From Mobula hypostoma (Eukaryota): 64,000 bases of DNA. The position numbers and the translations under genes are program-made. The stretch spans positions 64,172,001 to 64,236,000 of the forward strand of contig NC_086108.1 in NCBI RefSeq assembly GCF_963921235.1. The letters are read 5' to 3'. Of the stretch, positions 23,256 through 37,224 are shown one piece after another (positions within the stretch are counted from its first letter, which is position 1; the number at the start of each line of letters is the position of its first letter). The notes beneath the pieces are model-generated. The model searched no databases, was not told the origin of the DNA, and saw only the letters and a list, made by a program, of their open reading frames with translations.

Positions 23256-25092
23256 ATGTGGATCTTTTGGCAGGTAGTCACACAATTCTGTATTTGTTTT
23301 CCTGAAGGAGCATTGTTTTTCACTTCACAGATTCATAGGTATGTGTTTCTGGGCATATCCACACTTTTGGCAGGATTTCTGTGAGGGAGCATTTCTGTGA
23401 GCCTGCCTCCTTCCATTTGGTTTCTCTGCAGCTGTAATTCCATTTGCTACCGTTTCCTGCTGTTTCCTCCTCCACCTGCCAGAGTGGGACGATCTCCGTC
23501 TGGACCACCGGAGGTGCTACTTCCTCTCTTGGCTGGCTTGACTGTTTTTACCCGGTGAGAGCCAAGGATGTGGGAACTCCTGAGTTGGCAAGTCTCTGGG
23601 CTTGGTCTTGCTTTGCTTCCACAGTGGTCGCATAAATCCGCTGATATGCATAAATGCAACACAGTGCAACAGATGACCCTTTCCTGCCTACCATCTTATC
23701 TTTGAGACCGCCCATGAGGTATGGCAGGAGGGTGTCACAACAACCCCAAATTTACTGCCTTGGTATATTCAAATCCTTCAATATTAATTCATTCATTTAT
23801 TGGAGTGAACATTCTATTGCCATGCATGCAGTATGAACAATATTATGGATTAATAATACACCTGTAAAAATCAATAGAGTTTATGATGTCTATTAATTTT
23901 TGAGAGAAACAAAATAAATGTTGCAGTTACAGTTCACTTCCCTCTGTAAAAATAATCTCTTTAAGGATTTTAGTAGACTGCTCCCATTCTGCATGGGGAC
24001 TTTTCAGTTGGCATCAAAGAAATAGGATGAACATTTGGTTTAAATTTTTGGCTCAGTAAATCCAATATGGTGGCAGGTTGCAAACTTGTCACATGTGCAT
24101 CTGAATTAACATATGGGGCAAGGTGCTTATGCACAGAAATGACATGCAGTGTCACACATAGCAATTAATAGAGGAACAGATCTCAGGAAGTTAGTCAAAA
24201 CTGTGCTATGATCCACAAGTTTAATGCTTGTGCAGGCAATAGAAATTGCTAATATTTCCAGATGGGAAAGAGATTAACCAGTCTCTTAAATATCTTATTT
24301 CCTGGCCTTTTGTTAAGCAAAACTGTAGTAAGCTTGTCCTTTGTTTGTATTTCAGCAGTTGTTCCGTTGTTTGTATTTGGTGAAGTAAACTGATTTAAAC
24401 TGTGTTGCATTATCTGTTGAGACATATTCTTAAAAGTCATTAATTAATTTCAATTTAGGAAATTGGTAAGCAAAATTGTAATTGAAAACTTGAACTCTTA
24501 GGGTAATAAATGATTATGTATCCAGTTTTTATTCTTTTTGTAAAACAAATATCTGCATCTCATACATATGTGACAAGTCTTCTAGCCCTAACTGGCAGAT
24601 ATACAGTACATCTTCAGCATGAGCTCGATTCTGTCCAGTTCAGCAGGGCTCTTATCATAGCAGCAGATCACAGCAGAATGTGGGCGGTGGGGGGGGGGGG
24701 GGGGGAGGGGAAGAGTATAGGTAGAGAAGGAGTAAGAGGGGATGGGTGACTTCTCTGTATTGCCTGAAAACTTGTTTTTTTTAAAGTATACTATTCTTTT
24801 CAGCAGAGCTTCCAACAACAGTTAAATGTGTTTATCAACATGGAAAATGATCTGGTATTTAGGTTTCCTTGTTTTTTTTGCTGTGTAATTTACCACATCA
24901 TCCGACTAAATGCACATTTTTACCTTTGGGTTTACTTGTAGAGGAAGTATTTTCTTTGTTTCTTTGCCATGTTTTTTTTTACATGGAAATCAAGTAAGAT
25001 GAAATAGACAAAAAGAAATCATTACTTAAGTTGTTTTCCTTCTTTCACAATTGAACTTCAGGTAAAGTGACCATTGATTATAAATGACACAT

Positions 25093-25290
25093 TCAAAGTC
25101 AAAGTCAGGTTTATTGTCATATGCACAAGTGCATGTATACATACTTACATTGAAAATCTCTCTTGTAGCAGCATCACAGCCACGAGGACACAACATACAC
25201 AAGAAAACAAATTATACAAAATTACTCAAGAAAGAACTCAATTGGAACAAAATTTATAATCAAATATCATTGTCAAAATTGTGCATGATA
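25093..25290 (-). mobile_element. Rex/L2-type 3' tail
   Basis: tcaaagtcaaagtcaggtttattgtcatatgcac reverse-strand tail. Confidence 0.5.
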
Positions 25291-25972
25291 TCATAGTGAT
25301 TACTTCAGGAATAAAAATCTTGTTACTTTAAGGTACTTATTCCTAGATAAGTCTGTGTCTATTTCTAAATATTTGTCTCACAATACGCCTAGGTTATTTT
25401 CTAGTTTATATGATTGCAAGCATCATATGACATAGGTATTCATTTAGAAAGAGTTGTCACTGTGGGTACAGGAAGGAAGGCTCAGGCACTCACTGGATAG
25501 ACAACTATAGAAAGACGTAGGAGGTGATTCAAAGCTGAATACGTCTGTTGTGCTTTGACCTGGCATACTGTCAGCAAGCTGCTTGTAAATTTTGGTATAG
25601 CTCAGCAATCAGAAGGGCAAAATTTAGCATCCCCGATGCAGGGCCTGAAGTACAAGCAGGTAGAAAAGGTAAAGTGTCTCAGGAAATAGCTACTGATGCT
25701 GACGTTTGTGGGAGTCATCCTTATCTCTGTATCCACAATTAGATAAAAGTTTATCTTTTTAGTGTTCTGCAGAGGTTTTATCAGGTCAGTTAGCTGAGCC
25801 AATCAATGCCTGATTCCAACAGGTACAGAATCTGCAAGTAGTACTCAAAAACTGAATCAGAATCCTTCCTTCAACGTGAACAGTAATGTAAGACCAAAAT
25901 CCATTTCATGTAGACCAGTGTATCACTCGGTCCTGGCATGCTTGAAATTTTAATTTACTGACTGTCATGACT

Positions 25973-26520
25973 TTAGAAACATAGAAATATAGAAAACCTA
26001 CAGCACAATACAGGCCCTTCGGCCTACAATGCTGTGCCGAACATGTCCTTACTTTAGAAAGTACCTAGGGTTACCCATAGCCCTCTATTTTTCAAAGCTG
26101 CATGTATCTGTCCAGGAGTCTCTTAAAAGACCCTATGGTACCCGCCTCCACCATCACCGGCAGCCCATTCCACACACTCACCACTCTGCATAAAAAACTT
26201 ACCCCTGACATTTCCTCTGTACGTACTTCCAAGCACCTTAAAACTGTGCCCTCTTGTGCTAGCCATTTCAAGTCCTGGGAAAAAGCCTCTGACTATCCAC
26301 ACGATCACTGCCTCTCATCACCTTATACACCTCTGTCAGGTCACCTCTCATCCTCCGCCGCTCCAGGGAGAAAAGGCCGAGTTCGCTCAACCTAATCTCA
26401 TGAAGCATGCTCCCCAATCCAGGCAACATCCTTGTAAATCTCCTCTGCACCCTTTCTATAGTTTCCACGTCTTTCCTGTAGTGAAGCGACCAGAACTGAG
26501 CACAGTACTCCAAGTGGGGA
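25973..26520 (-). mobile_element. CR1 3' fragment
   Basis: PHLEYCAQFWS..ERVQRRFTRMLPG; STRGHSFKV; tail nearly identical to 43421-43780. Confidence 0.92.
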
Positions 26521-28454
26521 CCTTCAGTGTGAACAGTTTGGCAAGTGACGCTATCCATCTGAAAGACATCCACTGCCAGGCCACAGTGTTGCATATTGAA
26601 AGATCTATTTTAGTACATAGCTACCTAAATTGAATTCCTAATTTCCATGTAGTTGCACTGGTCTTTTTTTATTATTACAGAATTCATTCTAATTTCTAAT
26701 GTCTGTAGAAGTGCTTACCAAATCTTAGCATGAATTACATTTAGAACATCATTTTGTGATGCCTAAAATAGGTATAGCATAATCCTGAATTGTTTATAAT
26801 GATTTTGAGTATTATTTTGTAATCTTCTAGAAGCTGTTCAAGGATTATTTAAAATAAACTTTTTGCTTATAGAGACAAACACTTCACATTTTTCCTATTG
26901 TTCAGGTGCCAAGGCCAGCAAAAATCCCAATTTAATAGTGAAATAGTTTGCACTTGACTGTAGGAACAAATTGTTTCAATGAGAAATATTGCATTGAACT
27001 TAGGCATGTGCAGATGTGGATAAATACAAATACTAAATAACAAATTAAACTTCAAAGTAAAATGTAGAACAGATCAAGCCCAGAAGTATACTATCTACTG
27101 ATCTCTTGTTAATCTTTTGATCTAAAAAAAATGTCTAACAGAATCTGATAATAAATTACATAATTTTACATATAATTGTGAAATAAGAAAGATTTATTAT
27201 TGCAAAGAATATATGCCAGTGCTTATGCATATAATTTTTCCCATTTTTAACAATACATTAGGCATTGTGCATAGCAGTGAGAGGGAAAAACTAAGAAGAT
27301 TACAAGTTCATTACTTGTGTTTCTCTGAAACAAAAGTCAAAAATAGATTTAAAACTATATTCCCACATATTGAATACTTATATTGCTGGCATCGCCGTAA
27401 CATCATGTAGAATTCAATTCAGAATCATGATGAGAACACTCTGAGTGTTTAAATTAAAATTCACAGTTCTTAAGTGTTAATTGCTTGCTATGAATGTAAC
27501 TTGCAAGTAGGAGAAACAAAGAAAGCACTTTGGAAATGAACGAGGAAGAGCTGGATTTAAAGCACATTCATACAGATTGATGTTAATAACTGTGAATAAA
27601 TGGATTTTACAAAAAAAAATGCAATCCTTACTTTTGGCTAGGTGTGATTGGTTTGGTTAGCTGTTAGATTTTAAATAAAGTTGAATGCCAGCTTTTATGA
27701 CTAATGTGACCAGAATTAATCTATTAGTAATCTAGGCCATCCTTTCTAAATATTGTTGCTTTCAACCTACAGAGTTAAAGTTTGTTGACTCTAATCTAAA
27801 TCTGTAATTCTCTATTTTGCTTCAGAACATTGCTCAATCACGGTATTATGGAGAGGACGATAGTGTACCTCTAAACATAATAACAAATGCCACAAATTCT
27901 CATGATTGAAATAGACAGCTTGGAAGACTTGCCTGGTGTATATTTACAAGATTTATTTTCATGATTTTCCAGCCGCAAAACTGGAAACATAGTAGGTGAT
28001 CTGTTTGATTGTATCCTTATTGGAAAAATGGTTTTCATTAAAGCTATGATCTGTCTCTATTGTTACATTCTTGACAGAATTCACAAGTCATAGCCAAAGG
28101 AAACAATTGTTTTTGCCAAGTTGCTACTCTATGACCTGATGCCTTGGTTAGGAATATAGGTGCCACAGTGAAGTGACATATAAATTGCGATTGTGTGGGA
28201 AACCTGCGGATAGGTTTACGTGATGAGAAGTATGAGTTTGCAAATCAAATGTTCAAGAAACTCAGGAAGAGAAATCACTTTCTATAGGCAATGTTCCAGG
28301 CTGTTGGTGAGGCTCACACAGGGAATTCGCACATCATCAATGAAGCTAATTCAGACAATGGAACCTGTGAATAACTTCCACTGTAATTGGGAAAAACTTT
28401 CACTGTGATGAATGTCAAACATTCTCTCACCTACCTGGCTCTATCTATGAGGAT

Positions 28455-28625
28455 TCGAGTTTCAAGATTGTTTATTGTCATTCTTCAGTACACTAGTGAA
28501 AAAGAGAACAAAACAATTGTTACTCTGGATGCGATGCAGCATTAATAAAGCACTATAAGTGTAACAAACACAATTAAAATACACATAAATATATAATATT
28601 AGCTTATATACATAACGTGACACAA
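28455..28625 (-). mobile_element. Rex/L2-type 3' tail
   Basis: ttcaagattgtttattgtcattcttcagtaca reverse-strand tail. Confidence 0.5.
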
Positions 28626-29049
28626 GGTACAGGAGCATGGATACACAAGGTGACTCTGACAGGAACTGATAGAGCAGCAAAGGAGAAAATCTTGGTGTTC
28701 CTTAAGATGTGACTTCTGCTGTTGTAATCTGGAACAACTCCATGAGGCAAAATTAATAGAATGTTCTGAGCTGCATCACAAAAATCAATCTGCACTTCAT
28801 GAATACATTAGACAGCTCATTGCCTTGCTCTTTGTTTATAAATTTGTTTCATAAACACATTAATGAGATTTCCCTGTGGATAATAAATAGAAACAGAGTA
28901 CCAGTGTTTCTCTTTTCAAAGTTGCAGAACTTTTCAAAGCTCACAAAGTATTGTCCAAGAAAAAACAAGCATAATTAATTACAGAGTGTTCATATAGTTA
29001 TACACAGGAAGATGTAAATCGATAATCACTTCCCCTGCAGATGGCCTGC

Positions 29050-29690
29050 CAATTTTCAACTTGAATAAAACATTTTTAGACTAAGGTTTCCCCAACACCT
29101 TGGTTCATTGCACTTATGTGACAGCTGCTCAGGGCAGCATCCTAGTCGAAACATCTTCTGCTGTTTCATTAATAACCTTTCTTCTACCATAGGCTCAGAA
29201 TTGGGGATATCCACTGATGATTGCACATTATTCATCTCGTCAGCAAATATGTTCACTATGTCTGCCTGTCACTACACAAAGGCAACAGTCAGATATGTGC
29301 GGAGAAGTAACATTTGTACCACAAAAGTGCAGGTAGAATAATCTTCAACAAGAGATTGTTTCATCATCTAGCATCAACAGTAAATGACATAAACTTTGTT
29401 AAATCTCCAGAATCAACTTTCTCTGAGTTACCATTGACTCTAAACTCAACTGGACCTGCTGCACAAGAACCATGGCTACAAAATCAGGTGAACGGGTAGG
29501 TATGCTATGATGCACGTTTCACCACTGACATCACAATGGTAACCAACCAAGACAGCACCTGAGGAGAGGGACTCCCAGCCTAAAAGCCCTGTAGAAGCAC
29601 CTTCACCAGAAGGACTACAATGGATAAAGGTTGTGTCTCACCATAGCCTTCTCAGTCAGGGATGGGCAATAACTACTAGCTTTCCTAGCA
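29050..29690 (+). mobile_element. Old CR1/L2-type LINE RT-to-3' fragment
   Basis: GQHPSRNIFCCFINNL..TDDCT resembles a degenerate QGS..FINDL..ADD RT segment; tail ggatgggcaataac. Confidence 0.55.
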
Positions 29691-29914
29691 GCTGGACCAG
29701 AGAAGTATTGAAATCCTGCTAAGTACAGGCTTAATGCAGTGCATGCTTATTTGAGAGCTAATACTGACATTTACAATCATTGATATGGGGAAGCAAATAT
29801 TTCATCACAGTATAAAAAACTACTTCTAATGCAAATTCATCTAACCTTCTATGCTGAACCATCCATAATATTCATTAGTGATGGTTGAGTTAACTTCTGT
29901 TAACTTAGTGTGTC

Positions 29915-30300
29915 ATAACGCAGTGGCCTCTTTATTAGGAGCACCTGCACATCTGCTTGTTAATGCAAATATCTAATCAGACAATCATGTGGTAGTAACT
30001 CAATGCATAAAAGCATATAGACATGGTCAAGAGGTTCAGTTGTTGTTCAGACCAGACATCAGAATGGAGAAGAAATGTAATCTAAGTGTCTTTGACCATG
30101 GAATAATTGTTGGTGTCAGAAGAATGGTGTGAGTATTTCAGAAACTGCTGGCTTTTGGGATTTTCACACACAGGTTTCCAGAGATTACAGAGAATGGTGT
30201 GTTAAAAAAAAAATCATCCAGTGAGTCGCAATTCTGTCGGTGAAAGTGCCTTGTTAATGAGAGAAGTCAGAGGAGAATGGTCAGACTGATTCAAGCTGAC
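29915..30300 (+). mobile_element. Tc1-like transposon 5' fragment
   Basis: TIR-like cagtggcctctttattagg; MEKKCNLSVFDHGIIVGVR..SISETA..GFS..YREW paired-like HTH N-terminus. Confidence 0.85.
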
Positions 30301-32439
30301 CAAAGTTATTCCATTCAAAATGTGTACATTGATTTTAGTTCCAATTGTGCCATCAGGCATTCTGTTTATACCACCTGCTGTTGCTTTATTCATCACTAAA
30401 ATGAGTGTTTTGGACACTGCAGCTCTGGGTGATAAAATAAATATGGGCAAAAATAGAAATCAAGGGTGCACTCAGATTTTATTAGTACATTCATAAAAGG
30501 AACTTAAGTCAGCAGAATTGTTCAAGTTTTACTTAACTTGAGAAATCTGGATAAAGACCAAACCCACATGCAGGACAACAGCAATTTGAAAAGAATAGGT
30601 GGCAACATGAACCTTGTTTGTCTCACGATTCCCACATTAAATCAGAGTTAGCAATCTCTTCTACTCCCAACACCATTTAAAAAAGTTACCAATAAAAAAT
30701 GACGATTGATTTGCATCAATTCAGAACAACAGTACAAACTTCTTTTTTCCTTCCTGACGCACCATCTTGTTTCAAGAACAGCAGGTCCAATGTTCTATTT
30801 TTGTTATTCCTTTCATTCCAGTTCTGATCCCAGAAATTAGCCCTTTAATAGATCAAATAACAATCCTATCAACTACCTTTGATTTTCACAAGTGAATAAT
30901 TACTTGCCTCACTTTTGGGAGTGAGACTCTCAGAAAGCCATTTGCTATGGAAAGGGCGCATAGCAGGAAGTTGTCAGGGAAGTAACTGTATTGTTGTTAG
31001 TAACCTCTATGATGGCCTGCATTTTTGCAAGCTTGTAGTTTAGTCAAATGCCCCTTCAAAGTGTGGATGCAGAAGTTGTATTAACTGAACAGAGTTTGAA
31101 AGAGAGATAACATTCGTAACATAGACAATGTGGACCTAATTTCACGAAGAAAAAAATTATAATGGCGTAAGTATTGGATTGGGCCCAAAAGCAAGGACAC
31201 AGACCAAGTTGTAGATTAGGTTGCTATCCAATAAGAAAGATTTTAATATATATATTACTTGCAAATTAAAATTATTCACACAATTAGGCAATGTCATACT
31301 TTTGCTATTGGCTCATGTCTAGCAGGGGTGGGGCAGTCTTGAAACTCCATTACATGTCTTAAAAACAGTCAGTGCTTGTTAGTATTAGGGAATATTCTAA
31401 CTACAGTGTATAAAACTGTTGAGATAGAAATTGTTGGGGAGGGATTAAGGAGGCAGCAATGTTCTCTGACACTGCTCTGAAGGTTCAAGGGCAGGATATG
31501 GAGGAAACAACATTCTACAATTCATATTTTACACTAATTTTCAGCTGCTCCCCTAGCTGGACTCTTCAACTACCAGGCACTTCACAAGACTTTCAGTCTC
31601 ATACAAGGCTTTTTGGCAAGAGGAAGATCATATCTGGCTTTTGAGAAGTGAGGGCCAATCCACCCACAATTATTCTTCCCCTCTTCCCCCACCACCCTCT
31701 CAGAACCTCCAGGCAATCGTTAGAGAGAGAGTGCAGAAAATATGTCTCTACTGATGCTAGAGGAAAGAAATAACTGGTTTCTATTTCATACTTCACTCTC
31801 CCTTACTCTAAAACATTTGCACGATAAGTGCAGAAACTTTCATAGCTATATTTTCTTCCCTGTTCTGCAGACACCACATGCTGGCCCTCTTATGTTTAAC
31901 TTCAGATGCTGGGAATGGCAATGAAAAATTGGATCAAGAAGAATAGAGAGTCCCTGAAGATGAAACTGATCTGACGCAAAGCTGAAGAAACGCAAACACT
32001 GATACCACACAGACTATGAAAGTGAAGTTATACAGGACTACACGTGGGGACTTTCTGGTGAGAAAAACATGGGGTCAATAAGATGTCACAGATATTTGGA
32101 GCCAAAAAAGCAGATGGATGAAATTAAAAATGAAAACAGACAATACTGGAAGAAATGTTAAGCTGAAATGTCAAATTAGTTTCTCTGCCTAACGTTGCTG
32201 AGTTCTTCCAGTCTTTCTGTTTTTCTGTTTAATATGTCACAGGTACCTTCTTATCTTATGCAATATTAGAGAAAGACTTTGCAGCAAATGTTGGCCTACT
32301 TTACAGAGATTATCTTGACTTATCTTTGGTGCATTTAGCACCCTGCCAGAGAGTTCATGAACACTGTTGCTCTGCTATGTTATTCTTTTCTTGTAACTCA
32401 TGTGGACTTAGAACATCAATTTTAAAAAATGCCTTTCTT

Positions 32440-34095
32440 GTGGAGGTTAGGGTTTGAAATATTACTATGACTGCAGACTCGGGTTGTGAGTACAATTCCC
32501 CTTTCAAAAACAGAAGTGGGGAAGATGCACCTGTAGGTACAATTGAAATGCAGAGGCCTTGAACTCTCCACTCCTGACTATCCTGCTGGTAAATGTACAG
32601 TCTCTGGAAAATAAAATTGAAGACTGCAGAGCAAGATGCTGTACAAGAGGGACATCAGGGACTGCTGTGTACTTTGCTTCACAGAATATTGCCATCCTCC
32701 ACCATTTTGGACACTGCAACATTGCATCCTGATGGCTTCACCATTCTTTGCGAAGATAGGACAGCTCAGTCTTTTAAAGGTAAAGGAGGTGGAGTATGTA
32801 TTATGATTAACTCATCGTGGCATGTGGTGGGTCTGTTTCAGTCTTTGTCAACTGACCTGGAACGTCAGGTGGTCAAATGTCATCTTTTTTTTCTGCCAAA
32901 GGAGTTTTCCGCCATCGTCCTGGTAGCTGGGTATATTCCACCTCGGGCCATTGTCAGGCAGGCACTGAAGGAGCCTAGCACCATAATCAGCAGGCATGAG
33001 CTAGCACACCCAGGCCAGCTTGACAAAATCTCTGAACAACTATCACCTGTGGAACCACTGTTATGCCACCATCAAGAACACTTATCTTGCCACCCCATGC
33101 CCACACATGGAAAAGTCCATTCACCTGGCTGTACTTCTACTCCCAGTGCATAAGCAGAGCCTGAAGATCACAGCACCAGTGTTGAGAACCACAAAGGTAT
33201 TGTCGAGGGAGGCAGAGGAGCACTTACAGGACTGCTTTGAGTTGATGGACTGGACGATATTCAGGGATTCATCTCTGGATCTGAATGAATACACCACAGT
33301 TGTCACCAGATTCATCAAGATCTATGTGGATAATTGTGTGCCTTCAAGAACATACAAACATACCCAAATCATGAGCCATGGATGAACCAGCAGATTGATA
33401 GTCTGCTGTGTGCTAGAACTGTGACATTCAAGAGCAGTGATCCAGAGTTGTAGAAGAAGTCCAACTGTAACCTACGGAAGGCTATCTTCAGAGTGAAAAA
33501 ACAATTCTGATTGAGGTTAGAGATGGAATCAGATGCCCATCAGCTCAGACAGGGTTTGCAGGCCATTATTGTGGTGTTTCACTCCCAGATGAGCTCAACA
33601 CATTTTATGCATGCTTTGAAAGGGAGAATAAAACTACACCTGTGTGAACCCCTGCAGCATCTGGTGACACTGTGACCACTGTCTTGGAGGCCAAAGTCCG
33701 AACATCTTTCATGACAGTGAACCCTCACAAAACATCAGGACCTGGTGAGGGCTCTGAAAACCCGTGTCATCTGACAGGTGGCAATGCTCAGGGATATCTT
33801 CAGTCTCTCACTGCTACAGCGCCAAGGAGGAAATACAGGAGCCTGAAGACACACACTCAACATTTCAGGAACAGCTTCTTCCCCCTGTCATTAGGTTTCT
33901 GAATGGACAATAAACCCATGAACACCACCTCACTATTTTTCCTCTCTTTTTGTACTGCTAATTTAATTTAATTGTTTTATATTCCTTTTATTGTGATTTA
34001 TATTTTTATTATTATGTATCGTAATGTACTGCTGCCACAAAACAAGAAATTTCATGACATATACCAGTGATGTTAAACCTGATCCTGATCCTGAT
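32440..34095 (+). mobile_element. Internally deleted Rex/Babar LINE
   Basis: APE motifs ILLVNVQSLENKI and GKGGGVCIMIN; LQDCFELMDW; VNPHKTSGP, then a jump to the C-terminal YRSLKTHT..FRNSFFP; (tgatcc)n tail. Confidence 0.85.
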
Positions 34096-34104
34096 TAACA
34101 TGTA

Positions 34105-34467
34105 AAACAAGAGATTCTGCACATGTTGTAAGTTCAGAGCAACACACACAAAATGCTGGAGGAACTAAGCAGGTCATGTAGCATCCATAGAAATGAAGAA
34201 GAAAATGTTTCAAAGTGAGGCCCTTCATCACTCCTGCTGAGTTCATCCTGCGTTTTGTTTCTGTTGCTCTAGGTTAACATCTGATATAGCCTCAGAAGCC
34301 CAGCAACCTTCAGGTAACTTTTATACATAATAGCATACCGTTCTGTTAGCTGAAAACTAAAATTTATACATCACAGTCATGAAGGGTCTCGGCCTGAAAC
34401 GTCGACTGTACCTCTTCCTAGAGATGCTGCCTGGCCTGCTGCGTTCACCAGCAACTTTGATGTGTGA
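34105..34467. mobile_element. Penelope terminal fragments (inverted pair plus a + strand copy)
   Basis: Inverted unit at 34105-34270; 34373-34467 reads acagtc-atgaagggtctcggcctgaaacgtcgactgt. Confidence 0.8.
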
Positions 34468-34974
34468 TGATCGATCATCCTACGGTATTGCTGAGTTTGT
34501 GCTGGCAGAGTCCCTCAACTATCTGCTGTGGTTGTGTGCACTGCTGTACAACAGACTTCTGAATCAATGTCTCTTCCTTTACACTACCAACCTAAGTGAA
34601 AATTACTTCCATTGTGTTCCAACTGTTTATTAGTTCACTACCGAAATCTCTGAAGTATCAAGCAATACCTAATGTTCAACTTTGGAAAGGATGATCTTCA
34701 TTGTTCCTCAAGAGACTCAAATGACAAGTATGTTTGGGAGGGAAGCATATATTCAAGATACTACTGACTTTTGCACTATAATGGTTCTGAACTGGAGTTT
34801 AGTTAACAAAATCATGTTGTGTCTAGCTAAAATTCTCAACTTTGAAGTAATTGATTAGCACTGACACCAGTGAAATAGTAAGTGCAGAATTTCAAACATC
34901 TCTGAAGTTAATTATCTTCTCAACGGCGAGACCATCAGAGTACTGGAGAGAGTAGCATTCTTGGTCCTGATGCT

Positions 34975-37150
34975 ATATGTATCTTGTCAATGACTTGGCC
35001 TCCACAGCCACTCGTGGCAACAAATTCCACAGATTTACCACCCTCTGACTAAAGTAATTTCTCCGCATCTCTGTTCTAAATGGACGTCCTTCAATCCTAA
35101 AGTTGTGCCCTCTTGTCCTAGAATCCCCTACCATAGGAAATAACTTTGCCATAACTAATCTGTTCAGGCCTTTTAACATTTGGACTGTTTCTATGAGATT
35201 CCCCTCCCCCCATTCTCCTGAACTCCGGGGAATACAGCCTAAGAGCTGTAAGATGTTCTCATACGGTAACCCTTTCATTCCTGGAATCATTCTTGTGAAT
35301 CTTCTCTGAACTCTCTCCAATATCAATATATCCTTTCTAAAATAAGGAGCCCAATATTCCAAGTGCGGTATCATGAGTGCCCTACAGAGCTTCAACATCA
35401 CATCCCTGCTCTTATATCCTACACTCTAGAAATGAATGCCAACATTGCATACACCTTTTTCACCACTGACTCAACCTGGAGGTAAACTTTTAGGGTATCT
35501 TCCACAATGATTCCCAAGTCCCTTCGCATCTCCGCATTTTGAATTCTCTCCCCATCTAAATAATAGCCTGCCCGTTTATTTCTTACACCAAAGTGCATGA
35601 CCATACACTTTCCAACATTGCATCTCATTTGCCACTTCTTTGCCTGTTCCCTTAAACTATCTAAGTCTCTCCGCAGGCTGTGTTTCCTCAACACTACTCG
35701 CTCCTCCACCTATCTTTGTATCATCGTCAAATTTAGCCACAAATCCATTTAGTCCAAATCATTGACATATATCGTAAAATGCAACGGTCCCAACACTGAC
35801 CTCTGTGGAACTCCACTGGTAACCGGCAGCCAGCCAGAATAGGATCCCTTTATTCCCACTCTCTGTTTTCTGCTGACCAGCCAATGCTCCACCCATGCTA
35901 GTAACTTCCCTGTAATTCCATGGGCTCTTATCTTGCTAAGCAGCCTCATGTGTGGCATCTTATCAAAGGCCTTCTGAAAATCCAAGTACACCACATCTAC
36001 TACATCTCCTTTGTCTACCCTCTTGTAATTTCCTCAAAGAATTGCAGTAGGTTTGTCAGGCAGGATTTTCCTTTCAGGAAACCATGCTAGCTTTGGCCTA
36101 TCTTGTCATGTGCCTCTAGGTACTCTGTAATTTCATTCCTAACAATCAATTCCAACAACTTCCCAACCACTGATGTCAGGATAACAGGTCTGTAGTGTAC
36201 TTTCTGCTGCCTCCCACGCTTCTTAAATAGCGGAGTGACATTTGCAATTTTCCAGTCATCTGGTACAATGCCAGAATCTATGGATTCTTGAAAGATCATC
36301 GTTAATGCCTCCGCAATCTCTCCAGCTACTTCCTTCAGAACCCAAGGGTGCATTCCATCAGGTCCGGGAGATTTGTCCACCCTCTGACCATTAAGCTTCC
36401 TGAGCACCTTCCCAGTCGTAATTTTCACTGCACAAACTTCACTTCCCAGATACTCTTGAATGTCCGGTATACTGCAGACATTTTCCACTGTGAAGACTAA
36501 TGCAAAATACGCATTCAGTTCCTCTGCCATCTCTGCATCTCTCATTACAATATCTCCAGCATCATTTTGTATTGGTTCTATATCTACCCTCGACTCTCTT
36601 TTACTCTTTATATACTTAAAAAATGCTTTTAGTATTATCTTTGATATTAGTTGCCAGTTCCTTTCATAATTCATCTTTTCCTTCCTAATGACCTTCTTAG
36701 TTTCCTTCTGCAAGTTTTAAAAGCTTTTAAAAGTTTAAAAGCTTCTACTTTGGCTCTGACTTCACTTCTCAGCCATGGTAGTGTCCAACTTCCCTTTGAA
36801 AATTTCTTCTTATTTGGAATATATCTGTCTTGCACTTCCCTCATTTTTCACAGAAACTCCAGCCATTGCTGCCCGGCTCTCCTTCCTGCAAATGTCCCTT
36901 TCCAGTCAACTTCGGCCAGTTTCCTTCTCATGCATTGTAATTTCCTTTATTCCACTGAAATACTGACACATTGGATTTTACTTTTTCCCTCTCAAATTTC
37001 AATGTGAACTCAATCACATTGTGTTCACTGTTCCCTAAGGGTTCCTTAACCTTAAGCTCTCTTATTAACTCTGGATCATTGCACAACACCCAATCCAGCA
37101 CAGCCAATCCCCTAGTAGGCTCAACAACAAGCTGTTCGAAAAAGTTGTTC
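34975..37150 (-). mobile_element. CR1 LINE ORF2 fragment
   Basis: EPTRGLAVLDWV..SEHNVIEF; KSPGPDGMHP; YLDFQKAFDK; GVPQRSVLGP; HLEYWAP; RTRGHNF. Confidence 0.93.
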
Positions 37151-37224
37151 TGAAAATCCGTACGCTTGTTGGTAATTTTGGAATATAGTTGGTAACTTGC
37201 CACTAACACTGTCTTGCGACAGTG

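Noticed and set aside
23320..23662. GC-richer tract with overlapping short ORFs as a host exon
   Set aside because: No recognisable protein and no convincing splice-site pair.
27810..27910. Acceptor-like tctattttgcttcag followed by a short open frame
   Set aside because: The peptide is unrecognisable and no partner exons were found.
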